From Phallusia mammillata (Eukaryota), in NCBI GenBank assembly GCA_965637545.1, contig OZ281494.1, positions 14,136,001-14,200,000 of the forward strand: a stretch of DNA of 64,000 nt, given 5' to 3'. How positions within the stretch are numbered: the stretch's first letter is position 1; each line of letters begins with the position of its first letter. The notes under the pieces were generated by a model, which was given only the letters and a program-made list of their open reading frames with translations, was not told where the DNA came from and did not search any database. This document shows positions 1-12,000 of this stretch, piece after piece. Both the position numbers and the translations under genes were made by a program.

Positions 1-48
1 TTTTTAATGGCCATGTTGTTCCTTTGATAGATAAGCTCTATTAATCAG

Positions 49-3000
49 TGCAAGGCTAACGTGGAGCGACTGAAAAAACTCTTGGTAGCAAGGAAATTGG
101 AAAGTGAACATCAGCAACATGTGTTAATGGAAAGCAAAAAGTCTCTGTCTGTTTACCAGAAAAGGCACTCGCGAATACAAGGAAAAAAATCAAAAATGAA
201 AGAGTATATTGAAAACAAGCAGGTAAATTTATGTTTTGTCTATTAGTGTTATGTTAGAATTGATGTACAAGTAACATTAATAACTATTAAAAAACATTGT
301 TTTATACATATATATACATACAATTTGTTACAACTATTAAAATTTGTGTGCAGATGAACATCACTTTAACACTGTCAAAGATTGAGCCACTGACAATCAC
401 ATTAAACAGGAAAAGAGTGGAATATATTTCAATGCTTGTTGAATATATTTTCCCTATTAAAGAATTAAAAAGAGTTGAAACAATAACCAGGTTTGTATTC
501 ATTTGATTTTTATTTATTGTGGTAAATATTTTCTAAAAAGGAAGCACATATTTCTTTTATCAAACGGAAATTAAGAAAGAGGCTTATTTAAAAAACAAAC
601 CAAGTATTAGCTAAGTTTTATATGTGCAGCAAATCTTAGGCATGAAATCTATCCTCTAGTTAAATACAATGCAATTATAACATAATCACTAGCACTTTTG
701 TAATTAAAAAATGCAAACAATTTTGCTCAGTGTGGATGGAAAGGATGAGGATGAGAGTGATTTTGTTTCGGACAAGGATCGTACTCTTCTGCAGGAGGAG
801 CTTGAAGAGGCACGGAGGATGTCTTTTGTACATGGAAGATGGGTGGACCAACAGGTTTTATTTCAACTCAGACACTATCTTCAGAAAAAATAAAGCTACA
901 AAATTAAACTATACACAAATCTACTAAAACACATTAGGCAAAACATTCTATATTTTATGGTTAGCCGCTGTGGTAGATTCACATCCACCATGTAATTGAC
1001 AGTATGTGTCAATTTGTTTCAAATTAAACTGTATGTGTTTTCAAATTGGGTAACTGCCAAGGTGGTGACTGTAAATTTTATCAAGACATTTGCATTAACA
1101 CAGGGGTTCCCAACCTATTTACGATCTGCCATGTGTACCACTTCTTTCAGCACAACTAATTTGATTGAATCATATTTTATTCAGAATAATAATATTGGCC
1201 TACTAAAATAAGTAACACTAAAGCACCACAACTGAATTGAATGAGATTTTTGTTTACTGTAAACAAGATATAAAGTTGTGAAACCAGGCTGTTGTGGAAA
1301 AAAACGGAAGCTTCTCGTGTACCACCTGAAAAACCTTCCACTAGTGGTACGCGTACCACAGGTTGAGAACACCCGCATTATCAGGATCGTTTTAACACCA
1401 ACTATACATGCAAAATACATAACTCGCCATATAAATTGCAGGCCGGAATTAGCGACATCGTCCAGATATCTGTTGGAGCCGACGAAGCGAGTGCACCATC
1501 TGACGGCAATTACGCACCCTATCTTACCTGGTTGGAAAATAACTACAAGCAAACAGCGTCTGATCCGCCGAACTCCCCTGGTAGCTTGATTTCATCCACA
1601 TCCGAAAGTTTCATTGTCCAGCATCGAGCTCAAAACTCAGCCATGGCAGTTAGCGCTGCCTTATCTCACGCCGCGCAGATGGTACATGTGATGAGAAAAC
1701 TGCTGCATGTGCATCTGCCGCATCGATTGCACTTCAAGTAAGATAAAAGTTTGTAATGTTAGCTGTATTTAAAGCTGATCTGGTGATTTCGAATGCGACC
1801 TTTAGGAAAAGGCGAAGACAGTTGCAATAGGTTCAGGCCTCATCACTCAAAACGTAGCCCTTTCTCCCACAATATAATGCACTAGCGGGGTACGCACTAA
1901 TCATACCTGTGTAGTATGATTAGGTCATGGTGCTTAAATTGAGCCAATTTCTATTTTCATTACAATAAACGAGAAAAGACGACCAAAACCAGTCAAAACC
2001 ATCTAGCCATCACCTGCCAACGACCACACAAAAAACGGGAACTTGAACTGCATTTTAGTAAGTAGTAAGTAGTCAACCTTCCTTAAATAAATAGCCTAGA
2101 TCAGCAAATTTCAGTTACACAACCAGTAACTTCACAACACCCTCTGCGAAATCTAAACGACAACCGTTAAAACCGTTTCACAAAGCGACATTAGTAGAGA
2201 AAGACTTGGCATGCATGGAAACAAAAGCGGCATCGAATAGGGTTGTAAAAAATCAATAACAAATGATAAATAAAAATGAAGGTTAGGCACATTAGCGACA
2301 TGGCCCCAAAATGAGCTTACTTGAAGATCAAACTTTTGATGATAAGAGCGACTGCAACAACGTCTGTGATTCTGGATAATGTACGAATTTGTTTGGGACC
2401 TGAAATACTGAAGATAAAGCAAAATCAAAAAATGAATTTGTCCATACTACAATGTCAAACAAAATAGATACTGGTGCAACCTGCAATATATGTACGAATG
2501 TAAAAGGTTACGGTAAAGATATTGCCACGAAATTTCTGCGACCCCCAAAAAATGTTCAAATGTGCTCGTAACGTCATATCACTACCACGAAGAGGACCGT
2601 CAATCAGCTAAAAATAAACTGTGCTTTAACTAGCTAAATAAAATGAGGTGTACCTGCAGTGTGTAAAAAAGAAAAGCTTGCGTATGTAAAATAACTGGCA
2701 GTAGTTTATTAATAAACTGCACAATTTCAATTGCAGGACATTCTGTAGTCCCACGATTTCTCCACTCGTCTTTTCCAACACAGTGAAGCTTCTTAACAGC
2801 AACATACTGACATTATGTCTAAACCAGGGTGTTGATGGTTTCACTCTGCACCCGCTGCACACATTACGAAATCTTCAAGTTCTAACCGTAAAACTTCAGA
2901 AAGATGGACTTAGGTATGTCATTGAGCTAGTGATTCTCAACTCTTGACTTAAAGTTTCGCGACTTAAATGTGGCTTGTCGATACCATTAGTTTAACAAAG

Positions 3001-3907
3001 CCTTTCTACAACTAAGTACCGTACATTATGTATATTGATTTGATGTTTCTAGATACAAGTTCTTGTGCTTTTGATGTTTCTATAGTTACAAGTTCTTGCA
3101 GCAAGCAGTTGTCACTTGACTTGTGTTTCTGTGACATTAAAACACTTCAGGTTTTTAATAATGGTAGATCGCCACAGCTCGGCGCTTAGTTTACGCGTAA
3201 TATCTGGGTCGCCGGACAGAAGCTTGAGAAGCACTGCCTAACGCCAATGAAGGCTAGTTTGTGCCGATAAACGTGTATGTAAGTAGTACTATTATGCGTT
3301 ACTGCACTGTTCAATTTATTCAGATAAATTGTTGCGCAGGAGCTGAACATTGCAAACTTACCTTAAAGCATGTCTAATTTTGTTTTGTTCATGTGAAGTT
3401 ATATATTACGCAACCGTAGCGACCCCATAGCACTAATTCTTAGTGTAGCGTTGAAACCTCGGTACACGATAAGGAAACCAGCACAAATTCACAAAGTGCA
3501 ATATAATCGCCACGGCTTAAGTTTTACCCATGACCGCGGCATACAAGGCATAAAACACAAGCATATATTTTGTTTTCTCTTCAGACCTTTTCCATGTACT
3601 CCCGCGCACGATCTTATTCTCTATCTGGAGGAGACGCTCGTACTTACTGACATCTCGGACGACGAGCTTGACAATGACAACGATGTCACATTGGATTGGC
3701 AACTGTCGCTCGATGAAGACTGGGAGACGGTACCGACCAGCGAAAGCAAGTAAGTAACGACTTACTTTTGAAGTTTTACTACCCAACAGCACAATTTGGA
3801 ACAGAATGTCTAACCTCGCAATGTTTACAAATGATTTGCATAATTTGGTCTAAACTATTTTCAGGATAATACATCCAACAGGTTTGTTACAGTTTTTGCG
3901 GGATTAG
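49..3907 (+). CDS. ATG14: ATG14/Barkor (Beclin-1-associated autophagy regulator), 3' portion; gene starts upstream of the window
   Basis: Phase-consistent GT-AG exons 49-222, 354-490, 731-854, 1442-1737, 2737-2913, 3585-3749, 3865-3907 (TAG). Peptides VEYIFPIKEL, ELEEARRMSFVHGRWV, DGNYAPYLTWLE, AVSAALSHAAQMVHVMRKLLHVHLPHRL, KLLNSNILTLCLNQ..LHPLHTLRNL and DEDWETVP are colinear with ATG14 motifs recalled from the human protein (VIFPIDEV, LAEARRTTYLSGRWV, NGDYSAYYSWVE, ISAALCYATQLV, LNANILYLC..LHTLRNL, TDWENLP). AATAAA at 3979-3984. Confidence 0.93.
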
Positions 3908-4240
3908 TTTGTTGATAAACACATAGAAATCAATTTATCGTACATAGAACCCAAACAACAAAGAAATTAAATTTAAGCAATAAAGGGGACATATGAGCAA
4001 AGAAGTTGCGGTCCTTTAAAATGTTTAAATAGTGTGGTTTGTCTGTCCTATAAAGATGTTTAGTCTACAGTTTACACTTGTCTTGTGCCAATGTATTCCC
4101 TGTCAAAACTCGCTGCCTGATGTATTGTTAAATCCTTGACGTGTAACCCAAAAATGCATTGAGTTTTAATTTTATACAGACTACTGAGTAAAACTAGACA
4201 GCTAGTTAACAGAATTTTTAGCTCTTCCGGCAGTTTTTTA

Positions 4241-4303
4241 TTGTAATATGCCAACGTTTCGATGTCCCATACGAAACACCTTCATCAGGGTAATGACATA
4301 CAA
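4241..4303 (-). ncRNA. Minimal type I hammerhead ribozyme motif, mirror copy in the 3' UTR of the element
   Basis: Reverse complement of 7161-7223 (+ strand reads ...CCAACGTTTCGATGTCCCATACGAAACACCTTCATCAGGG...). Confidence 0.75.
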
Positions 4304-4407
4304 TGCAAACACAAGTTATTATAAAGCGAAAAGGGCGGCGAAACACACACAAAAAAGGCGATAGAAATAACGCAGTGCGCACCAATGGTCGTGTGATAAC
4401 ACCTGGC

Positions 4408-6509
4408 TCAATGGTGCAAAAGTGACCGATAAGTTATCGGCATTAGAACGTCCGTTTTAACGTTCATCGTGTTGGTGTGAGAATGTATGTTCCACGACTC
4501 CAGGAAACCTCGCTTGTGAAAATCGGTTTCTCTAGCTAACACCTGGGCAGCAGAGAAGTTTATGGTGTGACCGAGGGTAGTAGCATGTTGTGCTAATGCC
4601 GATTTTTTAGCATCTTTCTTGGCTACATCCCTCTCGTGTTCTTTACGGCGCGTATTCAGAGATCTTCCCGTCTCGCCAATGTAAATCTCCTTGCACTGTT
4701 GACATGGGATCGCGTACACCACACCCCTTGCTGCGTTTGTATCAATGGGATCTTTGGGGTGCGACAGCATCTGACGTAGGGTGTTGACTGGTTTAATCCC
4801 TACTGAGACCCCAAAGTCGATTAACATGCGACGTATTACGTCTGTTAACCTAGGAATGTATGGCAAGGTAACAAATGTACGCTCTTTGGACTGAACCTTT
4901 TTCCGAGCACCCGTGGTTTTTCGGTCACGGAGGATCCAGTTCGGGTAGCCATTTAACCGCAGGGCCTGGTGTACCCTTCGTAATTCGGTTTGGAGCATTC
5001 CGGGTTCTGTGGTCAACCTTCGGGCCTGATCTGTCAGCGATTTCACCACAGCTCTCTTGTGGTGTAGAGGATGGTGAGACGTGAAATGCAAATAGCGCCT
5101 GGTGCTCGTTGGTTTGTGGTACACTTGCGTGGAAAGTCTCCCGTCTGTTGCCTGTAATACCTCCACATCCAGAAAGGGAAGCCGGTTGTTAGTTTGCAAT
5201 TCCATGGTAAATGCGATCCCTTGTTGCACGTTGTTTAAGTGATCTAGAAACGCTGTAACCTGGCTAATATTGATGATGCAGAACGTGTCATCCACATATC
5301 TTTGCCAGAATCGTGGTGGTGTGGTAAACGTTTGGAGAGCGCGTTGTTCCACCGACTCCATGACCATATTGGCAACCACCACCGACACTGGAGAGCCCAT
5401 GGCCGTGCCATACACTTGTTTGTAAAACTGGCCTCTAAATGTGCAGTAAGTCTGCTGCAAACAAATCTCTAGTCCAAGATGAATGTCCTCGCATGACCAC
5501 TTGGTTCTATCCTTAAGGCTGTAGTCCTCCAGCAGTCTTGACTTAGCGATTCCCAGTGCCAGGTCAATTGGTATGTTGGTAAACAACGAGACTACGTCAA
5601 ACGAAACCAACGTTTCGTCTTCATCCAGTGGCCGTTGCGTTGTGACTGCTTTAACAAACTCCTCAGAATTCTTTACCGTGTATTCCGTGTTACCCACCAA
5701 GGGCGCCAATAGTCGAGCCAGGTATTTCGCAAGGTTGTAAGTCGGGCTTCCAACAAAAGACACGATTGGCCTAAGGGGTACATCTGTTTTATGGACTTTT
5801 GGCAGTCCGTACAGTCGTGGGGCAGAACCATCGGTGCTGTGCAACTGATGAAACATTGCATCCGAAATGCATTTCCGTTCTTTATGTAAGATAGAAACAA
5901 ATTTGTTGAGAACTTGCTCCGTTTTTCTGGTCGGGTCACGTGGCAAGTTCCTGTAGGTATCAGAATCGCGCAAAAGCTTATAAATCTTGTCATCATACTC
6001 CTTGCGGTCTAGAATAACAGTACTGTTACCCTTGTCTGCCGGTAGAATGGTGATGTCTTCATTAGCTTTGAGACTTTTTATTGCACGCTGATCGGCTGCT
6101 GTAAGGTTGCAGGGAATGCTCTTGTGACTCTTCATGCAGTTAACAAGCTTGCTCTGTATCAATGTCTTGACGTGCATCGGCAGCGAATAAATTCCCTTCT
6201 CCACACATGCTAACATACTCCCCTCAGGAACTGCTCTTGGTGCCGTTGCGAAGTTCGTTCCAAGTTGTAAAACCTTTAGTTCCACATCATTCGGCTGATA
6301 ATGCGACAGGTTGATGACCCAATTCCTTTTTCCGGTTGCATTTACATCTTCCTTCATCCTTGGCGCAATCGAATTGAGATGTCGTTCGTTGTTGTTTAAT
6401 AGCTGACGCCGAAGGAATTCATCACCCGAAGTGACGTACCTCTCAAAACGACGCAAGTCATGATCCGAAAGAATAGCCGTTAATCTGAGAAATACCTCTT
6501 GGGACTGTG
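4408..6509 (-). CDS. Penelope-like reverse transcriptase + GIY-YIG endonuclease polyprotein (N-terminally truncated at the inversion junction)
   Basis: PLE RT motifs NWVINLS, LPADKGNSTVILD, PRLYGLPKVHK, PLRPIVS, SFDVVSLFTNIP, GTAMGSPVS, RYVDDTF, LPFLDV, YLHFTSHHP. Endonuclease GVVYAIPCQQCKEIYIGETGRSLNTRRKEH...RGFLES. The frame stays open upstream of the track's TTG (6456) to the junction at 6509 (SQSQEVFLRLTAILSDHDLRRFE). No internal stops. Confidence 0.95.
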
Positions 6510-6510
6510 A

Positions 6511-7056
6511 AATGGCTACCCGAACTGGATCCTCCGTGACCGAAAAACCACGGGTGCTCGGAAAAAGGTTCAGTCCAAAGAGCGTACATTTGTTACCTTG
6601 CCATACATTCCTAGGTTAACAGACGTAATACGTCGCATGTTAATCGACTTTGGGGTCTCAGTAGGGATTAAACCAGTCAACACCCTACGTCAGATGCTGT
6701 CGCACCCCAAAGATCCCATTGATACAAACGCAGCAAGGGGTGTGGTGTACGCGATCCCATGTCAACAGTGCAAGGAGATTTACATTGGCGAGACGGGAAG
6801 ATCTCTGAATACGCGCCGTAAAGAACACGAGAGGGATGTAGCCAAGAAAGATGCTAAAAAATCGGCATTAGCACAACATGCTACTACCCTCGGTCACACC
6901 ATAAACTTCTCTGCTGCCCAGGTGTTAGCTAGAGAAACCGATTTTCACAAGCGAGGTTTCCTGGAGTCGTGGAACATACATTCTCACACCAACACGATGA
7001 ACGTTAAAACGGACGTTCTAATGCCGATAACTTATCGGTCACTTTTGCACCATTGA
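6511..7056 (+). pseudogene. Inverted duplicate of the GIY-YIG-encoding 3' end of the Penelope ORF (part of the inverted pLTR)
   Basis: Reads NGYPNWILRD...PYIPRLTDV...TYRSLLHH*. The 152-aa track ORF is identical to the C-terminus of the 682-aa ORF. Confidence 0.9.
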
Positions 7057-7160
7057 GCCAGGTGTTATCACACGACCATTGGTGCGCACTGCGTTATTTC
7101 TATCGCCTTTTTTGTGTGTGTTTCGCCGCCCTTTTCGCTTTATAATAACTTGTGTTTGCA

Positions 7161-7223
7161 TTGTATGTCATTACCCTGATGAAGGTGTTTCGTATGGGAC
7201 ATCGAAACGTTGGCATATTACAA
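7161..7223 (+). ncRNA. Minimal type I hammerhead ribozyme motif (PLE-associated)
   Basis: CTGATGA (7176-7182), one extra A, stem II GGTGTTTC/GGGACATC with GTAT loop (7184-7203), GAAA (7204-7207), palindromic AACGTT stem III, GUU triplet (7209-7211). Stem I is GG/CC plus distal TATG/CATA. AATAAA follows. Such motifs are established in PLE pLTRs. Confidence 0.75.
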
Positions 7224-9095
7224 TAAAAAACTGCCGGAAGAGCTAAAAATTCTGTTAATACGTTATGCCTGGCAGCAACAGTGTATTCACTAGACAGCTA
7301 GGTTTGACTCCCAAATATAAGGCCCAAATACAATTCCAGTTGAAATGAAAATTGTCGAAACCATTTTTCTATGAAACCATTTCCAAGTACTTACATAATT
7401 TTCCTTCTATCTAGATCACAAGGCACCGCTCCAATGCTGCCCTACACGTCAATCAACACACAATCCAGCATGGCGCAACCACCCTCGGGACTCGTCACTA
7501 GTGCTCTTGGATGGGTGAAGGGTTGGTGGGGTCCCAACGAATAACCCGATATTTTACTGTTTTTATCTTTACATACCACAGGGTTAAAGTAGCATGACAA
7601 ACGTCGTTCTCGAACAAGTGCCAATAGTTTTCCAAAGGACGCTGTGGTTTTCGGATTGCCTGTATACTTTAAACAGCATTGTAAAATTTTGCCTTTGAAT
7701 TCTAGAGTTTACGCGAAAACCAAGCATTTTTGCCGTGATTTGTACCTATAAGAGTGACAATAAAATGTCTAAGCGTTTCATTAAGATGCGTTTTGTTGTT
7801 CCTTTCTTATCTAAAACTAGAACATCTTGTTTATTAGTAAATGTAATGAAACAAAGTGCAACGTAATTTTTTAACCCACCAAAATCCTTAATAAAAAATA
7901 GCCATGTGTTCCTAAATTGCAGCATCACGTTAAGGGTTAAATTAAAACCTGATTGAAAAATACACATAGATCTGTAACCTCAAAACGGTCTTAGCGCCAA
8001 CATTTTTCTACTTGTAGTTATCACTTATGCGTTTACATTAAATGACAGTGGATTTTCTTCCAGCACTGTGCGTACTTATTACGGTGCACAACGTCTATTC
8101 CAACATGTTTCAAGCGCCTGCACTTGTGAATAGATTGCCCAGTACGTACCTTGCTGTTTGTCATGTGTCTTGCAAATACAAACCACTTCTCTTCACCTAT
8201 TGCTGATCCTGTGTTGCAGTCCTAAATATAGTTAGCGTTTCTATCTGACAGTGTTTTCAAACGTTTTTCTTACGTGGACTTCTCGAAGTTGAGCAAAATA
8301 CCGTACGACTTACAATGTCACTTATATTGCAAGCTTCTGGCATTTTTGCAAGTTGTGCTACATGTGCATAGTTAAACCATTCTGCACATAGCTGGTTGTT
8401 ATGTAATATTTTTACCTGGCTCTGTAAGCCTATTTACATACAGCTCTATGGCCTACTGATTGAGAAACTCTGGACAATGAAAGTGGTGCTACACCATTTT
8501 TTTACAAAAATATCATCCACTTTTTTTTAAATTTTTTGAAGAGAACTTTCATTGACCCAGTTCTGTAAAGCTAGTTTATGTTGTCGACAAAGCTTCCAAC
8601 TGAAGACTGCATTTTGCACGAATAGTAGACAAACTAATTGGTTTATTACACACTGATGGCCAACAGCATCAGTTGTCTTCACCAGGCGATGTTGCAATAC
8701 ACATGTGGGTGGGAAAAAATAGAAAGAATGCAAATGACACCAGGAACTGCATTGGGCAAAGAAAAGGCTGCACACAAATTGATAGGTTTGCAAGCACGGC
8801 AGCAAAGCAATAAAATATCAGCATTGGTCAATAGTGATAGAAGCAAGAAAAAATGGCTCCGACTTAACAAGGGCGATTGCACGAACTGCGCAAAATGGCT
8901 CCGACTGCTCAATGGTTAAAACAACTTAAAGTGAAAAAGGATGATAAAAAATGTCGCATAAAAAAGGACAAAATTAAAAACAAAAAAATTAAAACAGCAT
9001 TGCTGGCAGTAATCGCATTTTGGCTGTTTCTGAAGCTGAACAATAGTAATTTAGTCATTTCCTACTGCAATATTATGGTATTAGTTCAATGAATG

Positions 9096-12000
9096 TTACG
9101 TCTTTGCTTTTGATTTTCTGGAAAAGCCAAAGCGTGAAACAGAGGGACTCGAAGTCTTCATGGAACTTTTCTTCCGAAGAAGTTTAGAGGAGGCTGGCGT
9201 GCTTAACGAAGTTTCTTTTTGATGGTGATTACCATTTTCGACCAACCTATTAATATTAAAATCATGAAACTTTTAGGTATGTTTGTTTAAGCGTTTCTGG
9301 AAAGAAGATGAAAGTAGAGTCAAAGAATGCGAAGCTTTAACATACTCGTCCAACTACTTGCGTTTTAAATATTTTTTTAATATTAAGATTTGTTGGCAAA
9401 CAACTCACCCTGTTTTGTCGTGTCCGTTTATTCCATTAGACATATCAGGTTTCACGTCCTTTTGATCCTCAACGCTTGCACTATGAACTGGGGAATTGCT
9501 AACCAAAACGACATCTGGCTGGCGACGAGGACTTGGTTCCGAAGAACTCGATTTAGAGTTGCCATTCTTGGTAGTCTGCCTCGCGCTGCTTGCTCGTTTT
9601 ACTTTCGGTGTCAACAGCTTTGAAACGATACTGGATCTGCTTGGACTACTCGTTCCTTCTGCAGAACTGCGCCGGGGCTTTGATTCGCTTCTCTTGCTGC
9701 CAAATCTTCGCAAACCCGACCACTTCGATCGCTTGGGAGTCTCTTCACCGGTTTTATCCTTGGTTTCAGAGCCGTGCGAATTGGGATCTGCTGAAATGCC
9801 GTTTTTTCGCCCACGGTTTATTTGTCGTGGCTTTTTAATCTTGCTGGTGCTTAGGTCCACTTCGTTCTGTACCTCCTCGCGTGTTATCTGCAACTCAAGG
9901 GTCGGTCGGCTGCCCTTGTCTTTCTTCACAAGCGTCAGCTGGGCGCCTTCCTTTGAGGTTGACTTCGTGATGATAATCGGACGACTTGTTCTTCGCCGTA
10001 AATCGCTGTCCTTCACAACCAGCTTCCTGCTTGGCGATGGTGATCCACGACTTCGTGCTGGACTCTCGCTTCTGCTCTGTGTGCTCACGTAGTTCATTTC
10101 CAAACTGTTGGTTGCGTAAAGGCAAACTTGGCGATGTGAAGGCTCAATTTGGTTACTAAACTGGGCAGCTGTCACCTCAGCAAGGCTTTGCGGACTCTCC
10201 ACGCCCCCTGATGATACCGAGTCTTTGCGTGAATAATAGTCGCACTCGAGTTTCGGCATTTGAGGTAAATTATCGCTTTCTGCAAGTTCTTCATCTTTAT
10301 CACAATCTTCTATTTCGTCGCTTGTCAATTTGTCACCACTTCCCAATTTCCAATCCCAGCATACATTGTTGTTATTTTGGGGCTTGGGAGCTTCAATGAT
10401 CTCGCTGGGCTTACTATCTAATACAAGTTCTTCCAAGGTCTTCTCGGCCTCTAGTAATTGTTGCAAAGCACGTCTGGTAGACTCGTCCTCGGCAAAATCC
10501 ATCTCCCTGCCACTGTCGAAGTTTTCTCGAAGTTTCTGTCTCGCCAATGCGCGCTGCTGTTCAAGTGACCCCTTCTGCTGTTTACTGCGCTTCACCTCCT
10601 GCGCGAACTTTCGCCGTGACACGGGAACAAGAGGGTTCAGCGACGTCAAGGTCAAGCAATAAAAATTAATGTCCACCGCTTCGCCCTCCGCGCCGCCCTC
10701 GTCAGTGACATCATCGTTCGGAGCGCGCCAATCACAGTCATCCACGTTGACAAGCATGCTATCTGGGCGTACTTCGGTTTTGCCACCGAAAATAGACGCC
10801 ACATTCTCGTACACGTGAGGTTTGATTGATTTTCTCACCTCAGCCTCATGATCGCATCCGTCAGGCTCCTGTCTGTGGTCAACTGCAGTGGGATAATTCT
10901 CACTCGCTTCGAGGTGATTGCGATTATGAGCGATTTCTCTGTTACCGTTGCTCGGTTTGGAGAATTTCGCGGGCCTGTGCGATGCGTCTCTTCCATCACA
11001 GTGAAAAACAGAGTCTAAATATGACGCATGATCGTAAACTGGCCCTCCTTTGCCCTCACCTGACCCGGCGCGGCCACTTTGATTTACATGATGAAAATTG
11101 CCATTGTCGTTGCGCGACTGCAAAAGGGACATGTTTGTATCATTGCCGAACAGCGCGCGTCGTGCCTTGGGGGCTTCCTCAACGCAAAAGGATACATGTT
11201 GCGCTTTTACGTCGTTAACGCGTTCGGTTTGACCTGACGAATTCTTTGCAGAACGCGGAGGCTTCTGTGGTTTAGGGGAACCACCTCTTGTGGCCACAAC
11301 CCCGTTTACACGAGAATTAACATTTTTTGAAGGTAACTGTGGCTGCTTGGCGCTGTTAGGCGACGGTATCCTCGACAATCCAGAACGTACAGGGTTTGTT
11401 GGGGTATTTGGTTTATCTTGCGATACGCGTGGAATAGGTTTCACTCTGGCTTCGGGTACGTTGTATCTTAACACTTCGCCCGCTGTTGGACTGTTCAAAG
11501 ATACATGTTGATGTCTCGCACCGCCATTGGTCAGTTTCATGACTGGAACAGATTCAGGCGGCCCCTCGTTATCAGTCAGCTCCCGGTCACTCATAGGTAC
11601 TCCATTCCGGTTGACATAAACAACAGTGTCACAGGAAAGCTCACTTCCAGATGTACATTCCATTCCCGAACTGCATTTAAATGCTTTCTTTGTTAAGTTT
11701 GTGCTTTAAACTTGGGTTTCGTGATAACGGTGGGTTTAAGTAAAAAAATAGAAAGTTAAGTCAAAGGAATTAACTTGGGGTGAAAATATTATTCAAGAGA
11801 CAATTACAGTAATGTCAGAGAGGCAAATGGGTTTGACACTAACCCGGGAATTTAGTTGCCTATATAATGCGGCAAATAGTGCAATTACGAATTACGAAAT
11901 CAAAAAATGCAATTACGAAAAGTCCCAGCTGTTTAAATAAATCAGGTACTAATATTTTTTGATTCGGCGGTCCTGTTAACACCACAATCGCAAAACCACG

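Larger units (their letters stand above)
4206..7288 (-). mobile_element. Penelope-like retroelement (Penelope/Poseidon type), 5'-truncated, with inverted pseudo-LTR
   Basis: RT+GIY-YIG ORF on the - strand. 4206-4954 is the reverse complement of 6510-7258 (749 bp each). The 13-bp direct repeat ACTAGACAGCTAG at 4193-4205 and 7289-7301 is a TSD. There are 30 extra nt (7259-7288) at the right end. Confidence 0.95.

Noticed and set aside
1581-1621. GT...AG mini-intron inside ATG14 exon 1442-1737
   Set aside because: It is 41 nt, not a multiple of 3. Removing it frameshifts into an early TAG, while reading through keeps the ATG14 motifs in frame.
8850-8925. Duplicated AAAATGGCTCCGACT with a tRNA A-box-like GCTCAATGGTTAAA
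   Set aside because: There is no B box or cloverleaf; at most this is a decayed SINE fragment.
9496-10092. 198-aa + strand ORF and other antisense ORFs over the large KIF26 exon
   Set aside because: These are antisense shadows of a Ser/Lys/Arg-rich coding exon, with no recognisable motif or splice support.
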